A DNA stretch of 64,000 nt from an uncultured virus (IMG/VR IMGVR_UViG_3300038335_000129) (lineage: Duplodnaviria; Heunggongvirae; Uroviricota; Caudoviricetes). Numbering within the stretch: position 1 is the stretch's first letter; every line of letters begins with the position of its first letter. A program made the translations under genes and the position numbers. Location of the stretch: IMG/VR virus record IMGVR_UViG_3300038335_000129. One strand, given 5' to 3'. The notes beneath the pieces were generated by a model. That model was not told the DNA's origin. It saw only the letters and a list, made by a program, of their open reading frames with translations, and made no database searches. Positions 48,415 to 58,553 of this stretch are shown here, in pieces.

Positions 48415-49144
48415 TTTTAACAACCTCGTTAATTGGCAATCTTTCAAATTCCACAGCCCAGACGAATGGGTTAGCATCCCACCCAAACTGATCAAGGTCT
48501 TTTTTCTTGATGGTGGAGTCCCATAATTTTTCCATTGCTTTCTTGTATTCTCTTGGACAATCTGCCCATTTACAATTCGGGCCATCACCTTCGCTGTCAG
48601 CTGGTGCATATTTTTTCCGCCAGCCATCTTTTGTCCATGCTACTATGCCTTCTTTAAGAGCCTGTTCTTCTGTTATGTCCCGCAACCGCTCCACCCGAAC
48701 ATCAGAGACTTTCAGGAAGATTCTGGCCGCTTCTCGGGGCATGTGAATTGATGGTCGCCATCTTCCTTCTGTTGTTGGTAAAGCAATTATTTCTTCAATT
48801 AATTTAGTTTCACCGCCAGCTTTGTATTCGATAATACATATTCTCGCAATTTGTCGTGCTTCTTCAACTCTCCACGTCTCCCGCACCCAAAGGACATCGC
48901 CAACTTGATATGGTGCTTTCATTTTACTTTTCCCTGTAAAAGGCGCAATTTCACCACCGCATTGCTTACATGCCCATTCATTTCCACCGCTATTAAAGTA
49001 GCCCGGCTTAGTGCAATCATCGTCATAGTGATGATTAGGCTGCGGCTTTACCACCCGCCTTGTCATAGTCTTTCGCCCATCCAGTATCGCCTGTACCATC
49101 GCTGTATTAAACAAAATCGGCTTACTCTTTACATCCCCTTGCAT
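48407..49144 (-). CDS. Phage ASCH/PUA-like protein
   Basis: KPILFN..MV.AILDGRKT.TRR, WRPSIHMP and NPFVW motifs. Confidence 0.7.
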   Translation of the reverse strand: MQGDVKSKPILFNTAMVQAILDGRKTMTRRVVKPQPNHHYDDDCTKPGYFNSGGNEWACKQCGGEIAPFTGKSKMKAPYQVGDVLWVRETWRVEEARQIARICIIEYKAGGETKLIEEIIALPTTEGRWRPSIHMPREAARIFLKVSDVRVERLRDITEEQALKEGIVAWTKDGWRKKYAPADSEGDGPNCKWADCPREYKKAMEKLWDSTIKKKDLDQFGWDANPFVWAVEFERLPINEVVKNA

Positions 49145-49830
49145 GATTCCCCCTCCTGGCAACTCATCGACCCCTCTGGGCATTCCCCGCTCACACACGG
49201 TGCACCCGCATTTTTAAACAGAATCGGCGCAACTTGACGGCATTGTGACAGCATTTCATTGGCCATTTCTCTGATTTCCCATTGCGCCCTGTTGCAACAT
49301 CTTTTACTGAAAAAATGTAGCAGTATGCGAATGTTCATTGTTACAACGATTGAGGTGGTGCAGGCATTCGGTAATACATAACGTGCATTTTCATAAGCTT
49401 CTTTTTCGCTCAACCCATCAAATATTAATGACTCTACTAAAACGTCATAAGCTTCTTGCGATTCTTGCATTGCTGATTTAAATAATTCCAACGATATTGA
49501 TTTGCTATTTTTTATTACTTCCGGAACAACATAATCAAAATTACCTTCACTCACATATCTCTGGCTTTTCTGGCTATACGACGCTATCCGGTGTCTGACC
49601 AACTGGTGAGACAACGCTCTACTCACACCATCAATCCCGAATGTAAATGAAGCGTGTTCAAGTGGGCTTTCGTGCCCCATGTTCACTAATTTAGTTAATA
49701 GTTTCTTGATCTGTTCGTCCGTTAAGTTATCCATAATCTCATACGTTGGCACATCGCTATAACATCGTTTCGCAGCAGCAGCCACTAATTTTTCTGGGTT
49801 TGGTGTATGTTCTAATATTTTTACTTGCAT
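49129..49830 (-). CDS. thyX: FAD-dependent thymidylate synthase
   Basis: GHESPLEH, RHRIASYSQKSQRY and AQWEIR motifs. Confidence 0.95.
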   Translation of the reverse strand: MQVKILEHTPNPEKLVAAAAKRCYSDVPTYEIMDNLTDEQIKKLLTKLVNMGHESPLEHASFTFGIDGVSRALSHQLVRHRIASYSQKSQRYVSEGNFDYVVPEVIKNSKSISLELFKSAMQESQEAYDVLVESLIFDGLSEKEAYENARYVLPNACTTSIVVTMNIRILLHFFSKRCCNRAQWEIREMANEMLSQCRQVAPILFKNAGAPCVSGECPEGSMSCQEGESCKGM

Positions 49831-49839
49831 TGTTTCTCC

Positions 49840-50586
49840 TTATTTCTGTGAATCCTGGTAATTAATTTCACACATAATTCCGCAATCGCCCATGATCTCA
49901 TCTTCCAACCGGCCCCGGTTCGGGTCTAACTCATCCAACCACACCGGCCCATTCTGATCTTTCAGGATTGCAAATCCTATTTCTCTTTCCCGGATCGCTC
50001 TTTCTTTGAAAATCTCCGGGAAATCTCGCCTGATCGAATTCCAATAACCCATGCCACCTTTGACGCATCCAATGCAGTTATTGTTGCGATATCCCAAATC
50101 GTACATTTTAGGCCGCTTAATTCCCAACCGTCCACACATACCGTGAGCATCTTCTTTAGTCACCATTTTGGCAATCAGCGGGAATTCGTGGTCATATTCC
50201 GGCATATTCTCAGCCAGTCGTTCGGCTCGGTCGCGTTCGGTTAGGTCCAACCCCCAAACATAGGTGTGTCGTCCAGGGTTTTGCTGTTCCCATTCTTTCC
50301 GGACCCGCCTTTTTAATAAATTCGTGCAGGGCGCACCATACGGGGCTTTTATATATCCACTGGCTCTTATCACTTCATCCACAGACTTATATTTACTTTG
50401 TGTAATTTCTATTTCCCTATTTAAAAACTTTTCGCATTCTTTAACGAATCGCATTGAATCGTCGTGTTGATCGTCGATATGTGTATAAATAATCTTGTCT
50501 ACATCTTTGCTCAGGTAAGCGGCTATAAAACTGCTTACCCCTGCTGAAAACCATACTACTTTCAAAAACCGCACCCACTTTTTCAC
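49840..50586 (-). CDS. PAPS-reductase-like (PP-loop) phage protein
   Basis: WFSAGVSS and NNNCIGCVKGG motifs. The start may be the TTG at 50565. Confidence 0.75.
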   Translation of the reverse strand: MKKWVRFLKVVWFSAGVSSFIAAYLSKDVDKIIYTHIDDQHDDSMRFVKECEKFLNREIEITQSKYKSVDEVIRASGYIKAPYGAPCTNLLKRRVRKEWEQQNPGRHTYVWGLDLTERDRAERLAENMPEYDHEFPLIAKMVTKEDAHGMCGRLGIKRPKMYDLGYRNNNCIGCVKGGMGYWNSIRRDFPEIFKERAIREREIGFAILKDQNGPVWLDELDPNRGRLEDEIMGDCGIMCEINYQDSQK

Positions 50587-50812
50587 TGATTTACAGTTAC
50601 TAAAGTAGGTAATGGTGTAGGCTTTCCACGCTTCCAGTTGCCAAACAGGTTGCGATACTAGGACACCATTTTATTCTGTTTTTCGATACCTAAATGGGCG
50701 CACGTTGCGGACCGGCTGTCTATTCCGGGTCTGCATGCACCCGGTCACCCTCGAAACCTGAATTAACAGGACGGTTTTGTTTTTGATTTATTTCTAATTT
50801 TCATATTTCCTC

Positions 50813-52273
50813 CTATGAAGCCATAGTTCTTTCGACTTCCACAACATTAGCCAACACCAATTCCCTAGCGAATACCGGTGGTACTGCATTCCCGCACCGC
50901 TTTACCTGTTCCGTTTTCGTGATCTTTTTCCCGTCCGAATCATAGTCGATTATGTAATCCGGTGGAAACCCATTTGCAGTGAATAACTCCCGGGGATCCA
51001 GCATCCTCATTCCAATATCAATAATTTGATAATCAGTGCCGCAAACCGTCACCAGTCCAAATCGATCATGACTTACGACGGTTCCGCACGGTTCTTTTAG
51101 ATCCTGACCAATCCCCTGCCCATAGTATTTAATCAAAAACGCTCTAACTTCTCCCAGATGCCCGGGACCGGCGACTATTGTATTCACTGGATCTCTTGAA
51201 TCCGTCCCGATCATATGGTTATTCATTTGGATGATGTGCGAAGTAATCAAAGCATTGTGATCAATTGCAGTAACAGTAGAAAGTGGATCGTCCAAATCTG
51301 AACCGGCACCATTATAAGTTCCGCCGTAATGTTTGCATACAAAAGCTTGTATCAATCCATACCTCGGACTTCCATCAATCGTCATGATTGGCTCATTTAT
51401 CTTTTGTCCTCTGACTTCATGGCTCAATGTTTCTGAATGGTATTGGATGAGCATTGAAGTTTGATCTTCGATAAAAAACGGATCAGGATTTTCCATGATA
51501 AATTTCTTTATTCCCCTTGCAATCCGCTCCATGGTCTTATCTGCTAACGGCCTGACTGTGTGCAATCCATGTTTTTCTTTTATTTGTTGCTTTGTATCAA
51601 ATATCGAAGGGCAAGGTTTTGAAAAATCCAGCACATCCGATACCGGGGTATATGGTTTTAGAATCCCCATTGCCACTTCTTTGCTATTCCGGGGGCCGTG
51701 GCTTTTAGTTGGCCACGATATCGGAAGTCCATCACACCGGGAAACCATGAAGAACCGTTTCCGCTTGGTGGGTGCGCCGTAATCAGCCGATATTAATTCT
51801 CTGAATTCTACCTGGTACCCTATTATTTTCAGCTGCTCCACGAAACTATTAAAAGTTTCACCAGTCTTATTTTTATCCGGCTGGTTGTCGTCGCCCAGCG
51901 GCCCCCAGGTTTTAAATTCCTCAACATTTTCCAAGATAATGACTGTTGGCCGTACTTGCATGGCCCATTTAACCGCTACCCATGCAAGGCCCCGGATGTT
52001 TTTATCTTTTGGTTTCCCACCCTTGGCTTTTGAAAAATGAGTACAATCGGGGCTAAACCACGCTAGATCAACCGGACGGCCTTCGCAGGCTTTAATCGGG
52101 TCAACATCCCACACACTTTCGCAATAATGCTTTGTATGCGGATGATTTACTTTGTGCATTGCAATTGCCCCGGGATCGTGATTGATCGCAATATCAACCG
52201 GTCTGCCCATGGCTTGCTCAATTCCCTCGGAGGCTCCGCCGCCTCCTGCAAAGTTGTCAATAATCAATCCCAT
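50813..52273 (-). CDS. C5 cytosine DNA methyltransferase
   Basis: FAGGGG, SPDC, ENV, R.R and GNAV motifs. Confidence 0.92.
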   Translation of the reverse strand: MGLIIDNFAGGGGASEGIEQAMGRPVDIAINHDPGAIAMHKVNHPHTKHYCESVWDVDPIKACEGRPVDLAWFSPDCTHFSKAKGGKPKDKNIRGLAWVAVKWAMQVRPTVIILENVEEFKTWGPLGDDNQPDKNKTGETFNSFVEQLKIIGYQVEFRELISADYGAPTKRKRFFMVSRCDGLPISWPTKSHGPRNSKEVAMGILKPYTPVSDVLDFSKPCPSIFDTKQQIKEKHGLHTVRPLADKTMERIARGIKKFIMENPDPFFIEDQTSMLIQYHSETLSHEVRGQKINEPIMTIDGSPRYGLIQAFVCKHYGGTYNGAGSDLDDPLSTVTAIDHNALITSHIIQMNNHMIGTDSRDPVNTIVAGPGHLGEVRAFLIKYYGQGIGQDLKEPCGTVVSHDRFGLVTVCGTDYQIIDIGMRMLDPRELFTANGFPPDYIIDYDSDGKKITKTEQVKRCGNAVPPVFARELVLANVVEVERTMAS

Positions 52274-52364
52274 ATACCACTCCTTATCGCTTCGCGTTTC
52301 AAGCAACGAAACATACAAATTCTTATATCGCCCGTATAGTTCTGGCATGTCTCGCAAATAATGT

Positions 52365-52868
52365 TCATACTAGCCCCATGCTTTCCCGCATCGTACCGCT
52401 TTGGGCTACCCGTTCTGCAGCTCCGCGCTGGCCATAACTTCCATATTCTTCCCTGGCGACACTGTTGTATTCCGGAATACTTACCGCCGGCTTCTTAACT
52501 TTAGGCCCCCACCCAAACCGCTGGGAGTCTGTTAAACCCGATACCGTGCGTGTAGAATGGGACTTGCTCCATCTAACGCTAATTTCCGTCGCATTTTTCT
52601 TCGAGCATTTCTTTGAACATGTCGCCTGATTCCCGCTTGCTGGCAAAAATACTTCTCCGCATTGCTTACACGTGGCGTATTGATAATATTGCTCGAATTC
52701 ATCACCGAACGCCTCAACCAGTCTTTTGATTGTCGGATTGCCGCCCTCGCTTTTTCCGGTTGTGATCATGCTGATCGTCGTTCTTTCGATGCCAGCAATC
52801 CTGCCTAGTTCCGCAAAGGATATGTTCCGCTCCTTCGCAATTCCGATTATTCTCTCCGCTAATGTCAT
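52365..52868 (-). CDS. XRE HTH plus Zn-finger protein
   Basis: HTH followed by CKQC...CSKKC. Confidence 0.7.
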   Translation of the reverse strand: MTLAERIIGIAKERNISFAELGRIAGIERTTISMITTGKSEGGNPTIKRLVEAFGDEFEQYYQYATCKQCGEVFLPASGNQATCSKKCSKKNATEISVRWSKSHSTRTVSGLTDSQRFGWGPKVKKPAVSIPEYNSVAREEYGSYGQRGAAERVAQSGTMRESMGLV

Positions 52869-53503
52869 TTTTCATCCCTCCTATAAATTTCTATGACGTT
52901 TAAAGCCTCTTTAAAGAGTTTTTCCAGCTGATCCATATTCCCGGTCAAAACTCCGTTATTTTTCGTTGTAATGGCTATTGAGTCCTCAAATACGATATAT
53001 CTGACATATTTGTCAAACTCCTTTGATTCGACCGGCAGCCCTTCGGCCCGATCATTGTTGTAAAATTTCTTGTTGTGGATCTTTCGTAGGTTCTTTATCA
53101 TTGTCCACCTCAAACTTCTCGCATCTGCAGTAATGGGTCATTTCGTCGCATGTGTCGCCGCCAGTACATCGGCCATGTTTATTAATATCGCCGCATGTTT
53201 TGGGTTCACCCCAACACTCGTCCGGTTCACAATCTGGATATCTATGTTTGCACACATAACATTTCTCATCCAACCACCACTCCTGAATCCAATCTTCGCA
53301 ATATCCCTCTGATCGTTCATGGTGTTCAGAACTGCAAAACTCATCAATCACTGACTGGCATTTTTCGCATTCTTTCGCGTAAAATATATCTCCAAGTTCG
53401 TTGCCGGCCTTATCGTGGTACTTTTCACCCTTCTGGATGACCGCCCCACATAGTTCACATTTATGCTCTTTTCGGGCAGTTCGCACGGTGTCTCTGTAAA
53501 AAC

Positions 53504-53869
53504 TCACAGTGTCACCTCCAGATAATTCACAATCACATCTTTGGCCATTTCCCAGCCATAACAAACTTCTGCCAGATAACCTTGCTTGGTCACTTCTTCA
53601 ATCCACCACTTTTGGTGATCGGACACTTTCCCTTTTTGGGCCTTCATTTCGATGTATAAACCGTGATATTTTCCGCGGGCAACTGGTAAGAAAATATCAC
53701 TTACGCCAGCCAAAACACCTTCTCGTTTAAATCGTGCTGCTTCTATTTCGCTTCGCTTGCCCCCGTTGGGGATGTGGTGCATTAGTTCCAGTTCTGGATA
53801 TTTGCCCCGAGAGTATCCGGCCCAGCGGAACAATTCAATCTGTTCAGCGCTTTCAGATGGTGCTTTCAT
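53504..53869 (-). CDS. VRR-NUC domain nuclease
   Basis: HIPNGG...GVSD...IEMK...Q..W motifs. Confidence 0.88.
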   Translation of the reverse strand: MKAPSESAEQIELFRWAGYSRGKYPELELMHHIPNGGKRSEIEAARFKREGVLAGVSDIFLPVARGKYHGLYIEMKAQKGKVSDHQKWWIEEVTKQGYLAEVCYGWEMAKDVIVNYLEVTL

Positions 53870-54309
53870 CCCGCAAAACCTCCTTCAAATAAAAATCTGT
53901 ACACATCAGCACCTCTACATTGGCATAGGCCCCGCTACATCGTCCGCCGTTTTCGGTGTGGTTTTCGGTGTGGTTTTCGCAGTTATGGCAGTTAATCATT
54001 GGATATCCTCTTTTATCCGCTTTTCAACGTCATCAGCAACCAATACCTTGTACATATTCGAAACGGCCGTATCAACGGCGTCTTCATAATCACTTGTACA
54101 ATCAAAATCATCGCGGCTTATCTCAGGCGTATCGATATTTGACGCATCAAGCTCTACGGTACTCGTTTCGGCAAGAATAATATATTTAGACACTTCCACG
54201 TTTTCGAATCGTCCATCTGCGCATAAATAGGGACTTTCATACGGCTCACTGCACCAATCGATTAGATCGCATTCGCCGCAGTGGGAATTCATGTCACTTA
54301 TAAAATTTT

Positions 54310-54477
54310 TCATTCTTTCACCTCGATCAACGGGCACCAATCCGGCTTTTCGTAAATACTTCCAAGCCTTTTTTTATTAACGCCACAAGTAAATTCAAGC
54401 TGGAATGATCCAATCCATGGATTTTTACACGGGCACTTTTCACAACTTACCGGCATTTTTATATCAATCTGTATCAT
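54310..54477 (-). CDS. Small Cys-rich protein homologous to 143-298, 55 aa
   Basis: MIQIDIKMPVSCEKCPC...KPDWCPLIEVKE, with GGAGG RBS. Confidence 0.7.
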   Translation of the reverse strand: MIQIDIKMPVSCEKCPCKNPWIGSFQLEFTCGVNKKRLGSIYEKPDWCPLIEVKE

Positions 54478-54636
54478 TTGGCACCTCCGTTTCAGTTATG
54501 GAATAATCAATATACAGTCCTTGCATAATACCGCCTTTAATCAATAATTCCTTTTCAAACTCACTAAGATTTTCATATGTTTTCGTGTAACTACTTTTTA
54601 CGCCCATCTTACTTGTCATTGTGATTTTATATATTT

Positions 54637-55188
54637 TCATCCCTGCACCTCCGACAATTCCGGGTTGTCGTTGATTGATCCGGCAATCTCCCTTCGATAA
54701 GCCAGCCAATCTTCACCATAATGGTAACCTTGCGGATTTTCAGCGATACATTCCGGCATAATTCTCCACTGGTCGCGGCAGTATTCTGAATCTGTTAAAA
54801 CTTTGTGCCAATATGGTTTCCAGCTCATTTCGTTTAATTCCTCGATGGTCAAAGGCTCATTTTTCAAGTCATCCAAGGTTATCCCGGCATCCTCATACAT
54901 CTTGAGTCGCCCTCTCAGTTCAGCGGCCTGTACCGCTACTGTATATAAAATAGCCAGCTCGCAATCACATTCCATGCAAGCACCTTCCATAAGATCTTCC
55001 GGTTCAACCTTGCACCCTTTTTCTTTTGCGCATTTCGAGATATACTCGCAAAGATCAACGTCTTCTTTCCCGTCTGCATATCGCAAAACCGCTTGATTAT
55101 CTTTGCCGTATGAATAATTCAGCATTGTCTCGGTGTTATTTTTGGGTTCGTCCGTTGTTAATCGTGTTATTTCCATTGGATCTTTCAT
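54637..55188 (-). CDS. Hypothetical phage protein
   Basis: 183-aa ORF in the operon. Confidence 0.65.
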   Translation of the reverse strand: MKDPMEITRLTTDEPKNNTETMLNYSYGKDNQAVLRYADGKEDVDLCEYISKCAKEKGCKVEPEDLMEGACMECDCELAILYTVAVQAAELRGRLKMYEDAGITLDDLKNEPLTIEELNEMSWKPYWHKVLTDSEYCRDQWRIMPECIAENPQGYHYGEDWLAYRREIAGSINDNPELSEVQG

Positions 55189-55595
55189 GATTTATCCTCC
55201 AACTTTTCAATCGCAAAAGCTTCTATGGCAGTGCGGGCAACCAGTAACAAGCGTTTTCCCGTCATGGCCGTTTGATATTTTCGGCTCCCAGTGGGTTCCG
55301 AGTAGATAATTCTGATAAATGTCTCTACCGCATCGATAACATTTACCGCTTCTCGGTGCAAAATCCGGGTAGCTCTTTTCTTCCCACAATTTAACCTGAT
55401 CATTTTTGCACTTTTGCAGTTCCTCTGGACTTTTTTTGATTACCTCAATATTCTGTTTTTCCATGTTCTTTCTCCTTTTCCCCATAAACCACAATCTTCG
55501 GGCACAGCGGATTTAAATCGTCCGGGTCCAATTTGCAGTGCAGGCCGTCGCTTTTTATTATTTTTTGATCGCATTTTTCGCATTCGTAGTTGGAA

Positions 55596-56417
55596 TCAGT
55601 CATTATGTACACCCATAAAATGGAAACATATCTGGTCAACTGGTTTATAATTCATCCAGATCACTTCCTGCTTGTTAGATCCTTGGTATTCTGAATAACC
55701 TGGTCTTTTTTCAATTTGCCATCTTTTTAACAAATCGTTGTATAATTCAGAATCATATCCAGATAAAATTATCTTCCCGGGATGATCAATGAGTGCATTG
55801 AGTAATTCAACATGATCTTTATCATCCATCTCGTGTTTATATTGCTTCGCCGTTCGGGTTGACAATAAATATGGCGGATCACAATAAATCAAAACATTCT
55901 CATATTTGAACCGGTTGATAATTTCCAATGCCGGCCTGTTCTCGATCTGAACTTGTTTAAGTCTGTCTGTAACATCGACGATCCATTGTGGCAGCCGGTA
56001 CCAGTTTTTTACAGCATAAGCAGACTCTCGGCCTTGCACATCGTTTTTCCAGCCGACCTTGTAACCATTTGTCCGGAATCCATGACCTTGCCAACATCGC
56101 ACAAGAAAGATCCTGGCTTTTTCAATTTCATCTGTACAATCATCGCCTTCAAAGGCTTGATCATACTCTTGTCTTGAGTATGGGGTCATGGAAATGCTTC
56201 TGGCCAGACCCTCCGGGTTATCCCGAATGACCTTGAAAAGATTGAAAACATCACCATCTAAATCATTAATTGTCTCAATGTTAGATGGTTCTTTTTTAAA
56301 AAACACTGCTCCGGATCCGAAGAAAGGCTCTACATATGAATGGTGATCCGGAATGTTATCTGTAATCCAATTAGCCAACTTCCACTTACTCCCCGGGTAT
56401 TTCAACACTGCTTTCAT
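55596..56417 (-). CDS. Dam-family (D12 class) adenine methyltransferase
   Basis: KYPGSK, EPFFGSG and DPPY motifs. Confidence 0.92.
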   Translation of the reverse strand: MKAVLKYPGSKWKLANWITDNIPDHHSYVEPFFGSGAVFFKKEPSNIETINDLDGDVFNLFKVIRDNPEGLARSISMTPYSRQEYDQAFEGDDCTDEIEKARIFLVRCWQGHGFRTNGYKVGWKNDVQGRESAYAVKNWYRLPQWIVDVTDRLKQVQIENRPALEIINRFKYENVLIYCDPPYLLSTRTAKQYKHEMDDKDHVELLNALIDHPGKIILSGYDSELYNDLLKRWQIEKRPGYSEYQGSNKQEVIWMNYKPVDQICFHFMGVHND

Positions 56418-57268
56418 TTCACCTCCAATTCCGGCCACAAATCCACAGCATGGTCGACTTCCATTTCCTCATATGCTTTTTGGCGTTCAGGGGATGTTTC
56501 TGGCATATTCGATTTTGCTTTGCCTTGTCCACCATTATTTCGATAACTCCCGCCTTTATCCTGCTCCCGTGCGAGCCAGCTTGTAATAAACCGAAGTATC
56601 CCTGATTTTGTTTTCCGCTTTTTCGGGTTACTATCAAGCCAGCCCCTCATGTTGCGAAGCTGCTGCTCAACGTCCACTGCTGGGTAAAGCTCTTTCCATT
56701 CGTCTACTCTCATTTGCGTTACTGGATATTTCGTCTTATCATTCAAGGTAAGATCAATAATGACAGGGCTCGAATCAGCAGCTTGTCCGGATGCAGATTT
56801 ATCTGCTCCGGGCATAAATAACTCTTTATTATCATTATTTGCATTATTATCATTATTGTTTGTATTTTTCGGTGTCACTTCGGTGTCACTTTGTTGTCTT
56901 TCTGGTGTCATTTCGGTGTCTTTTTCTGTTTTATTGCGATCTTGATAATTGGCATAATTTAGCACCTTTACGACTGTTTTTTTAGTGTCTTTTTTTAGCT
57001 CTATCATTTTGTCGCTCTCCAACATTTTTAAAAAACTATCAACTTTTGTGGTTGACCACCCCCAACGATCAGCCAATTTGCGAATGGAAGTTATTTTTTC
57101 GCCTTTATCGACGTCAATTAATTGCGATCCAAGCAAAACTTTTTTCTTTTCATGATTAACCATTAAAAGAATGTCGATCCATGCCCGTGCTTTGTCGTAC
57201 GGCTTTTCTTCCCATATCCAGTTATCTTGTATACTTCGGTGCAAGCTTATCCATCCTTGCTTTGACAA
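56414..57268 (-). CDS. Phage replication initiator (replisome organizer)
   Basis: GWISLHR...SIRKLADRWGW winged helix, with internal repeats. Confidence 0.85.
   Translation of the reverse strand: MSKQGWISLHRSIQDNWIWEEKPYDKARAWIDILLMVNHEKKKVLLGSQLIDVDKGEKITSIRKLADRWGWSTTKVDSFLKMLESDKMIELKKDTKKTVVKVLNYANYQDRNKTEKDTEMTPERQQSDTEVTPKNTNNNDNNANNDNKELFMPGADKSASGQAADSSPVIIDLTLNDKTKYPVTQMRVDEWKELYPAVDVEQQLRNMRGWLDSNPKKRKTKSGILRFITSWLAREQDKGGSYRNNGGQGKAKSNMPETSPERQKAYEEMEVDHAVDLWPELEVK
56867..56925. repeat. 12-bp iteron-like repeats (TTCGGTGTCACT and variants); putative origin
   Basis: About five imperfect tandem copies inside the initiator gene, next to an AT-rich tract. Confidence 0.65.
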
Positions 57269-57379
57269 TTAATCACCGCCCCTCTGGCTCAAAATAATGA
57301 ACCCTTACGGGGCCGTTAAGCCCCGCCCTTCCGCTGGATTATAGAATACTGGTCTTTTATATGTGAAATTTATAAAAGC

Positions 57380-57814
57380 TTAGAAAGGTATATCGTCACC
57401 CAAATCATCCATAAGTTGGAAATCTTCGTCCAGGTCCATTGTCGACATAGGTTCGCTGTTGCTTTGCTGCTGGGTATTGGCGTTATTGCCACCGTCCTTC
57501 TTGCTGCTCAAAAACTGGATCTCATCCGCCACAACCTCGGTCACATACCGGCGCTGGCCGTCCTGGGCATCGTAGCTTCTTACTTGCAATCTCCCGGATA
57601 CGCCGATCTGGCTACCTTTCGATAAATACTGTCCGGCAAATTCTGCCTGCTTTCCCCAGACAACGATTGGGACAAAGTCTGCTTCCTTCTGGCCGTCCTT
57701 GTTCTTGAAGCGACGGTCCACGGCCAATGTGAAGCTGGCCACTGATTTACCGGATGTGGTGTTTTTTACTTCAGGATCTCTGGTGAGTCTTCCGACTAAA
57801 ATTGCTTTATTCAT
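57380..57814 (-). CDS. ssb: Single-stranded DNA-binding protein
   Basis: LVGRLTRDPE and C-terminal DDIPF. Confidence 0.95.
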   Translation of the reverse strand: MNKAILVGRLTRDPEVKNTTSGKSVASFTLAVDRRFKNKDGQKEADFVPIVVWGKQAEFAGQYLSKGSQIGVSGRLQVRSYDAQDGQRRYVTEVVADEIQFLSSKKDGGNNANTQQQSNSEPMSTMDLDEDFQLMDDLGDDIPF

Positions 57815-58553
57815 ATGTTGCCTCTGGTTCTTGTTCAGGTCTCACTTCGTCTTCCAGGTATTCCGAATCAATTTCTATCTTTGCACCGCTCTGCATAAGT
57901 TTCAGCAAATAGATCTTCAAATCATCGAGATATCGCAACGAACTGATTGAGCAGTCAATCTCTGTCGATAAGGTCCATGGGTAATCCTTAAACTTCGAAA
58001 TACGAATCTCAAAATTAAGGTTTTCATCTTCATTGCATTCGAAAACAACTTTTGCATACTGAAAACTTGAACTTGACCAGGAAGGACTTTTGTCGTAGTT
58101 TACCGTCATTTCGGTATTGACCCACTGATAGGATGGGCCGTCATCGTATTCAACTTCCAATCCGCTTGTGTCAACTTTCTCTGCAACAAACTTCTTGAAT
58201 TCTTTGAAGATATCAGACAACTTGACGACTTTAGGAAGCTCGTTTTCAGCCATCAGCTCTTTGAAATTGCCAAGAATCTTTTTATTTTCGAGAGAAGTCT
58301 CTTTAAGAATCTCCGTCAATACGCAATCTAACTTAATTAAATATTGCGAAAAGTCATAACCTTCCAACTGTTTCACCATAACGTCTTTGATCTTTTTCTC
58401 AATGACTTTTGTGATATCGCCGTAACTTCCCAAAAGGTTTTCCAAGGATTTGTTTATGCCCTTTTCAAGGTTTTCAGCCACCAACCGTTCTATCATTCCT
58501 GATTCCAGACTATCATCAATAACATTTTTGATTGCATTTTCAATGTTCATCAT
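57807..58553 (-). CDS. Hypothetical phage protein
   Basis: 248-aa ORF in the operon. Confidence 0.7.
   Translation of the reverse strand: MMNIENAIKNVIDDSLESGMIERLVAENLEKGINKSLENLLGSYGDITKVIEKKIKDVMVKQLEGYDFSQYLIKLDCVLTEILKETSLENKKILGNFKELMAENELPKVVKLSDIFKEFKKFVAEKVDTSGLEVEYDDGPSYQWVNTEMTVNYDKSPSWSSSSFQYAKVVFECNEDENLNFEIRISKFKDYPWTLSTEIDCSISSLRYLDDLKIYLLKLMQSGAKIEIDSEYLEDEVRPEQEPEATYE

Noticed and set aside
53950..53980. 12-bp tandem repeat TTTTCGGTGTGG
   Set aside because: About 2.5 copies, consistent with an in-frame ENHT duplication in a small ORF.
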